Positions 58,008 through 64,000 of a stretch of 64,000 bases of DNA are shown piece by piece. The position numbers and the translations under genes are program-made. The notes under the pieces were generated by a model. It saw nothing but the letters and a program-made list of their open reading frames with translations, was not told the DNA's origin and searched no databases. Location: NCBI GenBank assembly GCA_963805625.1, contig CAWDVE010000019.1:64001-128000 (forward strand), read 5' to 3'. Position 1 is the stretch's first letter. Every line of letters starts with the position of its first letter. Source of the DNA: an uncultured Candidatus Rokubacteria bacterium. Its GTDB lineage: Bacteria > Methylomirabilota > Methylomirabilia > Rokubacteriales > DASRDR01.

Positions 58008-60032
58008 GTGATGGTCGATCCCACCCCGCGCGATCGGCTGTTCAACTTATTTCACCGGCTCGTCGAGAGCAGCCTGGGGCTGATGTGCGTTCATGACCTC
58101 GACGGCAAGCTGCTTTTCGTGAATACCGCAGCTGCCAGCGCCCTGGGCTTTCGGCCAGAGGACGGCATTGGGTGGAATCTCCGACGATACCTCGCGCCGG
58201 CCGTGCAAGAACAATTCGACGTCTACCTCGAGCGGATCCGACGCACGGGGGTGGACAGCGGGCTCATGCGCCTGGTCGGGAAGGACGGCACGGAGCTGGT
58301 GTGGCTGTACCGGAACACTCGCTACGAGGAGCCCGGTCACCCACCCGTCGTGCTCGGGCAGGCACAGGATGTCACCGACCTCATCCGCGCCCAGCAGAAG
58401 CTTCGCGAGAGTGACCGACGCTTCCGGATCCTGGCCGACTCGGCGCCCGTTATGATCTGGATGTCGGATTCGTCCGGCAGGTGCGCCTTCTTCAACAACG
58501 CGTGGCTCCGTTTTCGCGGGCGCACCGTGGAACAGGAGCAGTATGACCACTGGCTCGAGGGCGTGCACCCGGACGACCGCACGCGGTGTGTCGAGGCCCG
58601 ACGAGCGGCTGCGAGCACCCATCAGCCCTTCCGTGTGGAGTATCGGCTCCAGCGCGCCGATGGAGAATACCGGTGGGTGCTCGATCATGGCGTGCCCAGA
58701 GTCGAAGCCGAGGGCGACTTTCCGGGGTTCATTGGATCCTGCGTCGACATCACCGAGTCGCGCCAGGCACGGGAGGTCTTGGAGCAGGCTCACGACGATC
58801 TGGCCCGACTCGTGGCGGCGCGTACCGCAGAGCTCCTCCGCGCCAACGAGGAACTCCAGGCTCAGATCGCCCGGCGTGACGAGCTTCAAGAGGAGTTGGC
58901 GCGCGCCCGACGATTCGAGTCACTCGGGCTCTTGGCGAGTGGTGTGGCTCACGAGTTCAACAATCTGCTCACGGTCATATACGGACGGAGCCAGCTGCTA
59001 CGGGATCGCGTGGGTACCGATCCGCGACTTCACCGTGACGTCGACAACATCGAGCACGCCGCGCAGCGGGCCGCCACTCTGACGGCGCAGCTCCTCGCAT
59101 TCGCTCAACGGCAGATTCTGTATCCCTGCCGACTCGACCTCAACCGGTTGCTCGTAGATCTCCAGCCGAGGTTGCAGGAGCTTCTGGATTCGCGGATCAA
59201 CCTTGAGCGGGTACTCGATCCTACTGTCCCTCGGATTCAGGCCGACGCGAGACAGGTCGAGCAGCTGATCCTCGATCTCGCCCGGCACGCTCGCGAGGCT
59301 ATGCCCGAGGGCGGACGGTTCCTCCTCGAGACGAGGAATATCGAGCTGGATCAAGCGTTTCTTGAGACGCACCCCGGCTCGCGGCCGGGGCGGTATGTGC
59401 GGCTTGGTATCCGTGACAGCGGGGTCGGGATGGATGACGCGACCCGGGTGCGTGTCTTCGAACCATTCTTCGTGACGCACGGCGACCGCGTGGGCATAGT
59501 CCTCGGGTTGGCCGCCGCGTATGGCATCGTGAAGCAGCATGGTGGTTACATGTCAGTCGAGAGTCCTCCGGATGGTGGCACCTTGTTTCGGGTCTATCTG
59601 CCCATTCCGGAGGACGCGGAGGAATCGGCACCGTCGACGTCGCGAGACATCCGCTCGACGCGCACCGGGGCGACCGTGCTGCTCGTCGAGGACCAGCCGA
59701 CCCTCCGCGGCCTCGCGCGTGAGATTCTGGAGCACGAAGGCTATTCGGTCATGGAGGCGAACGACTGCAACCAGGCGCTCGCGCTCGCCGAGCGACACGC
59801 GGGGCAAATCCACCTGCTCTTGACCGACGTGATGATGCCGCACATGAGTGGGCCCGAGCTGGCCGACAACCTGGCACGAACGCACCCTGGGCTGCGCGTT
59901 GTCTACATGTCGGGGTTCACCGGCGACGTCATTGACCGCCATCGGGTGACCCGGCGCGGCACCCGCTTCCTCCCCAAACCGTTCACGGCGGAATCATTGC
60001 TGGGGGAAGTGCGGGCGGCGCTCGTGATCTGA
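58008..60032 (+). CDS. PAS-PAS hybrid sensor histidine kinase/receiver with degenerate ATP-binding boxes
   Basis: Two PAS/PAC domains, H-box GVAHEFNNLL, G1 DSGVGM, receiver domain LLVED...DVMMP...KPF. Confidence 0.93.
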   Translation: MMVDPTPRDRLFNLFHRLVESSLGLMCVHDLDGKLLFVNTAAASALGFRPEDGIGWNLRRYLAPAVQEQFDVYLERIRRTGVDSGLMRLVGKDGTELVWLYRNTRYEEPGHPPVVLGQAQDVTDLIRAQQKLRESDRRFRILADSAPVMIWMSDSSGRCAFFNNAWLRFRGRTVEQEQYDHWLEGVHPDDRTRCVEARRAAASTHQPFRVEYRLQRADGEYRWVLDHGVPRVEAEGDFPGFIGSCVDITESRQAREVLEQAHDDLARLVAARTAELLRANEELQAQIARRDELQEELARARRFESLGLLASGVAHEFNNLLTVIYGRSQLLRDRVGTDPRLHRDVDNIEHAAQRAATLTAQLLAFAQRQILYPCRLDLNRLLVDLQPRLQELLDSRINLERVLDPTVPRIQADARQVEQLILDLARHAREAMPEGGRFLLETRNIELDQAFLETHPGSRPGRYVRLGIRDSGVGMDDATRVRVFEPFFVTHGDRVGIVLGLAAAYGIVKQHGGYMSVESPPDGGTLFRVYLPIPEDAEESAPSTSRDIRSTRTGATVLLVEDQPTLRGLAREILEHEGYSVMEANDCNQALALAERHAGQIHLLLTDVMMPHMSGPELADNLARTHPGLRVVYMSGFTGDVIDRHRVTRRGTRFLPKPFTAESLLGEVRAALVI

Positions 60033-60066
60033 CCCCGGTTCGCCTTTCGTCCAAGCACCCCTCGAG

Positions 60067-60262
60067 TCGAGCCGGCGGGGTGACTGCTGGGACAATGCCC
60101 TCGTCGAGAGCTTCTTCGCCACCATCAGGGTCGAGCTCGTCCACGACGCCGCCTGGGCCAGGGGGGCCCGGGCCGAGTTCTTCGACCACATCGAGGCTTT
60201 CTGCAACCGGGCAGCGGCGACATTCGGCGTTCGCGGATCTCAGCGCGCGGAGCGTTCGAGCG
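60067..60262 (+). mobile_element. IS3-family transposase C-terminal remnant
   Basis: Manual translation SRRGDCWDNALVESFFATIRVEL...FDHIEAFCNR / QRRHSA..LS. Confidence 0.85.
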
Positions 60263-60334
60263 GGAACGAGCCCGGCCCTAGCTTACCGGTACGACGCCAG
60301 CCGCCGTGCCAGCCTTCAGACGAAATGGGTCGGC

Positions 60335-61231
60335 ATGAGGATTCTCCGTCAGCAGGTGCAGATCGAAGAAGCCGCGCGCGCCCTGATTGCGAAGAAGGCG
60401 ATCTACCTGGAAGCTCAGGCGGCGACCGGCGTGCCATGGTGGATGATCGCCGTGATCGACGGGCGTGAAGGCGGAATCTCCGAGCTCGGTACGCGACACC
60501 TGCACTGCGGGGATCCGCTCACCGATTACACGGTGCACGTTCCGACAGGCAGGCCGAAGGTCGGGCACGGTCCGCCGTTCACCTGGCTCGAGAGCGCAGT
60601 CGATGCGCTCACCCTGAAGGGTCTCGGCAAGATCAAGAATTGGACAATCGAGCGCGTGCTCCATGAGCTGGAGCCGTACAATGGCCTCGGCTATTTCACC
60701 CGCGGTATCTCCTCACCGTACATCTGGTCGTGCACCAACAACTACGATCCGCCCTTCGGACCTGGCGGAAAGTACGTTGCGGATCACCAATTCGATTCGG
60801 CGGCGGTCGATGCTCAGATTGGATGTGCGCCACTCATCAAGACACTGGTGCACCTCGATTCTTCCAGCCCACTGAAGACGGAAGCCACGTCGCCAACTAG
60901 GGGCACGTCCGCGCCGGCCGGAGCGTCGCGGAGGAGAGTAATTGTAGCCGCGGCCGTCATTGCCGGTGGTGGCGCCACGGTGGGCGTGGCGGCGCGGCAA
61001 GGCGCGGGTGTCGTGGCGATCACTGGCATCGTCCTGGGAACGATCGTCGTCGCTGCGGCGGCCTGGATGGTCCCGCATCGCCCCGTGTCCTATCGGTCGA
61101 GTGCGCGCGGGGCGCGCAGCCGGTTCGTCGGGGTCCACGATCCGCCAACGAGCCCCCAGTACACCCCGGAGCACGCTTGTCTCGCACCTCGGGTCCCTAC
61201 GGGCCGCCCTCGGTCGGCCACCCCCTCTTGA
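60335..61231 (+). CDS. Lysozyme-like (peptidoglycan hydrolase) protein with C-terminal TM segments; 5' end possibly damaged
   Basis: TGVPWWMIAVI..RE, LHCGDPL...VP.GRP, FTW.ESAVDAL, YNGLGY, SPYIWS, GKYVAD..FD...D.Q.G. Confidence 0.72.
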   Translation: MRILRQQVQIEEAARALIAKKAIYLEAQAATGVPWWMIAVIDGREGGISELGTRHLHCGDPLTDYTVHVPTGRPKVGHGPPFTWLESAVDALTLKGLGKIKNWTIERVLHELEPYNGLGYFTRGISSPYIWSCTNNYDPPFGPGGKYVADHQFDSAAVDAQIGCAPLIKTLVHLDSSSPLKTEATSPTRGTSAPAGASRRRVIVAAAVIAGGGATVGVAARQGAGVVAITGIVLGTIVVAAAAWMVPHRPVSYRSSARGARSRFVGVHDPPTSPQYTPEHACLAPRVPTGRPRSATPS

Positions 61232-61500
61232 AGGGCGCGTACTCGGCGGCGCCGATGTCGCACTGCGGGTCGCCATCCAGGTCGCCGTCGATCGGCCGGA
61301 GGACCCCGCGCTAATCGACGGGCTCACAATAGCCGGGCGATCCGGCGTCGATCGCGGGTCTGCCGGACTTCAGCGCGTGGATCCACGTGTTGCCGACCTT
61401 GCTCCACTTGAGCGGCGAGATCTTGGGATTGCCTACCAGGATTCCCTGACCGGGGAAGAAGCACGTGCTGTCGCTGGCCAGACTGTGGATCGCGGCGACC
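61197..61500 (-). pseudogene. Choice-of-anchor Q-like domain fragment with nonsense codon
   Basis: HALKSGRPAIDAG...VD*RGVLRPIDGDLDG...CDIGAAEY (TAG at 61311-61313 in place of the Q of DQRG). Confidence 0.72.
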
Positions 61501-61513
61501 GAGGCAAGGTCTC

Positions 61514-61781
61514 CGGCATCGGAGCGACGCGCAGAGTGCGCGCCGGGCCGGCCACGGCGGACATCCCGATCATCGCCATCACGTCCTTTGCGCTGAGCGG
61601 GGACAAGCAGCGGGCGAAGGAGGCCGGGGCGTCGGCCTATCTGGCGAAACCGTACAGCCCGTTCACGCTCCTCGACATGATTCGGAAGCTGCTGATCCAG
61701 CTCCAGGCGCCGGAGCGAATGCGAATCAAGGATGCCTTCGCCGCGAGGCATCAGGGGATGTCCCCGGCGCCTCGTGATTGA
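61514..61781 (+). pseudogene. C-terminal half of a single-domain response regulator (DivK-like)
   Basis: ATRRVR..PATADIPIIAITSFALSGDKQRAKEAGASAYLAKP; phospho-Asp region missing. Confidence 0.75.
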
Positions 61782-61829
61782 CGCTCGGGTCGTCGGGCGC
61801 CTGATGTCGAAGCCCCCTGATCCTCGCCT

Positions 61830-62426
61830 CTAGTGCGCCCTTTCCATGACCTTGACCTCGCCCGAGGTGACCTCTGGAGGATTGGGCGCCAGTGCGGCCA
61901 GGTGTTCCTTCACGAAGGTTGCCGCCGCCTTGGTGGACTCGGCCGCCCCGGAGGATGTCGTGAAACCGCTCAGGGTCACGAGGGTGCCCTTCCCCGCATC
62001 GAGGATCGAGTATGTGGCGAAGCCCGGCAGGTGGGTGACGAGGGGCAGGAAACCGGTCCGTGCGCGCGTGACGATCTGCTCGACGTTCTTCGCGTCGATC
62101 TGGTAGCGACGGATCACACCGTACTTCGGTGGCTCCTTGATCTCGCGCAGCCGGACGTCGCCCTCCAGCACGCGTGGAGGTGTGGGCAGCATCGAGGCGA
62201 TGTTCTCCTTGACCCAGGCCGCCGCCTTCCTGGTCGACTCCTCGGTGCCGGCCTTGCTCTCGTAGACGCTGTAGGTGACGAGATGGCCGTGGCCCGCGTC
62301 CAGGATCGAGTAGGAGACGAAACCGGAGATGGCCTTGATGATCGGGACACCACCCTCGCGGATACGGCGAATGACCTCGTTGACGTTCTTCGCATCTAGG
62401 GTGTAATGCCGGAGGACTCCGTGCAT
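61830..62426 (-). CDS. Tandem dimeric alpha/beta-barrel (ABM-like) protein
   Basis: Internal duplication: GV.R.Y..DAKNV...GF..YSILDAG.G.LVT.S...ESTxxAA..VKE...P.PP.V..G.V x2; RBS AAGGGGG. Confidence 0.8.
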   Translation of the reverse strand: MHGVLRHYTLDAKNVNEVIRRIREGGVPIIKAISGFVSYSILDAGHGHLVTYSVYESKAGTEESTRKAAAWVKENIASMLPTPPRVLEGDVRLREIKEPPKYGVIRRYQIDAKNVEQIVTRARTGFLPLVTHLPGFATYSILDAGKGTLVTLSGFTTSSGAAESTKAAATFVKEHLAALAPNPPEVTSGEVKVMERAH

Positions 62427-62561
62427 CGGGGCACCCCCTTCATGATCGTCGAGTTGGGATCGCGCGGCGCGTCAAGGGAATGAGCAGCACCTCCTCTCGG
62501 ACGGCGTGGAAAGCGGGCTGACTCTACACCCGAGGCCTGCTGGGGTCAATCGTGCGCATCG

Positions 62562-63980
62562 GGTCAAAACATCTGCTACCAGAGGAGGGGCCGTAGCTCA
62601 AAAGTGACGGTTACCAGACCCAATCCCGATGGGGAGGTGACCGTGACGCGGACGAGCATGCACGAGTACGTGGCCGCCCAACGACCGCGGTACCTGGCGG
62701 CGTCGCGCCGGGAGAAGCGTCGCATCCTGGATGAGGTCGTGGCGGTGACCCGATATCACCGCAAGGCCGCCCTCCGCCGACTGCACTGGCCACCGCGCAC
62801 GACCCCGCGCGCGGCGCGGACCGGCCGGCCTCGGGTCTATGGCCCGGACGTCACCGTCGCCGCCCAGGTCCTCTGGGAGGCCAGCGGGGAGATCGGGGCC
62901 GTCCGGCTCCAGCCGTTCCTCTCCGAACTCCTGGACCGGCTGCTCGCCTTCGAAGCACTGCGGCTGACGCCCGACACCGCCGCAGCGCTCCGCCGGGTGA
63001 GCGCGGCCACGCTCAAGCGGCTGCTCGCCCCGATCCGCGCGACTCGGCCGCCCCGCGGCCGGGGGACGACCCGCGCCGGCACCTGGCTCAAGCATCAGAT
63101 CCCCATCCGCACCTTCGCCGACTGGGATGACGCCCGCCCCGGGTTCCTCGAGGGCGACCTCGTCGCGCACTGCGGCCCGACCACCGCGGGCTTCTATCTC
63201 CACACCCTCTGCGCGGTCGACATCGTGACGGCCTGGACCGAGCTCCACGCCGTCTGGGGCAAGCATCAGGAGCGGGTCGGCGGGGCCATTCATCATGTCC
63301 GGCAGCGCCTGCCCATGCCCCTGCTGGGACAGCGATTCGGGCTCCGAGTTCATCAACGAGGCCTTCTGGCGCTACTGCCAGCGCGAGGCCATCACCTTCA
63401 CCCGGGGCCGCGCGTATCGCAAGAACGACAGTGCCCACGTCGAGCAGAAGAACGGGGCGATCGTACGCCGATGGGTCGGCTATGATCGCTTCACCACCAA
63501 GGCCGCCTATGCCGCCCTCCAGGTCGTCTATCGTCTGCTGCGCCTCCACGTGAACTTCTTCCAGCCCGTGCAGAAACTCGAGGCCCGCGTCCGCGTGGAG
63601 CAGCGCGTCCGCCGAATCTACGATCGCGCGCGGACCCCGTATCAACGCCTCTGCGCCACCGGCGTCCTCAAGCCCGAAGCCCGCGAGGCGCTCGACCAGC
63701 TCTATCACAGCCTCAACCCGCTCCAGCTCCGCCGGCAGCTCGACGCGGCCCTCGAGCGGCTCTGGGCGCTCGCCACCCCCGCCCCGCCCGTCCCGAGCGG
63801 GATCCAGCCATGATCGCCCGTCCCGACCTTCGCACCATTGGCCCAGGAGCCACGATCTCGGCCAAGGCCATACCCGGATATCCCCCTCGCCGGCCGGCCG
63901 GTGGGCCCTTCCGCCCCGCCCCGCTGGTAACCGTCACTTCTGAGCCACTGACTGCCGGAGGGTAACAGTCACTTATGAGC
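62562..63980 (+). mobile_element. Insertion sequence (rve/DDE transposase, IS481/ISNCY-like) with paired terminal repeats
   Basis: Left GCTCAAAAGTGACGGTTACCAG (62596-62617) is inverted to right CTGGTAACCGTCACTTCTGAGC (63924-63945); outer copies at 62562-62580 and 63961-63980. Exact tips unresolved. Confidence 0.85.
62644..63813 (+). pseudogene. DDE transposase with a frameshift near 63325
   Basis: RYLAASRREKRRILDE...YHRKAA, GFLEGDLVAHCG, then the frame changes at PLLG / DSDSGSEFIN, FTRGR.YRKND.AHVEQKN. Confidence 0.88.
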
Positions 63981-64000
63981 CGAGACGTCGTGGACGGTGA

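Noticed and set aside
61311-61313. In-frame TAG as possible pyrrolysine/read-through
   Set aside because: It replaces the conserved Gln of DQRG (CAG to TAG) inside a 5'-truncated relic; a simple nonsense mutation.
62587-62600. GGGGCCGTAGCTCA resembles the 5' end of tRNA-Ala
   Set aside because: No D-loop or rest of a tRNA follows here or after the right IS end; GCTCA is part of the IS terminal motif and lies between its two left copies.
63320-63340. Programmed ribosomal frameshift in the transposase
   Set aside because: No A-rich slippery heptamer, and the shift falls within the catalytic core; a small deletion or sequencing error is more likely.

Overview
High-GC (~70% by eye) bacterial window. 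Its gene content suggests a soil/sediment heterotroph, perhaps Ca. Rokubacteria/Methylomirabilota, but this is inference and was not verified. Intact genes include four ABC transporter operons (Dpp/Opp-type, Trp/Tyr-like, NitT/TauT-type, and Liv-type with a LivM-LivG-LivF fusion), ahcY with an SAH riboswitch, Ku, a UbiD-family decarboxylase, cysteine synthase, an aldehyde dehydrogenase, an amidase and a hybrid sensor kinase. They are separated by many gene relics: a serine recombinase next to a tRNA-Leu 3'-end scar, an IS3 fragment, a frameshifted DDE IS with repeated terminal motifs, and about a dozen enzyme fragments. Most notable: (1) a rhodanese-like ORF reading through an in-frame UGA (C-A-U) with a SECIS-like hairpin, probably a selenoprotein that the ORF track cuts short; (2) a divergent envelope module pairing a membrane protein (three unusual His/Cys repeats, Pro-rich stalk, catalytically dead HtrA-like domain) with a secreted Gly-repeat/TPR protein; (3) a hybrid kinase with degenerate N and G2 boxes; (4) a ~68-bp dispersed structured repeat; (5) a class II Crp-type promoter in front of a His/Met-rich exported protein. 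All family calls come from motif recognition by eye; no database searches were run.
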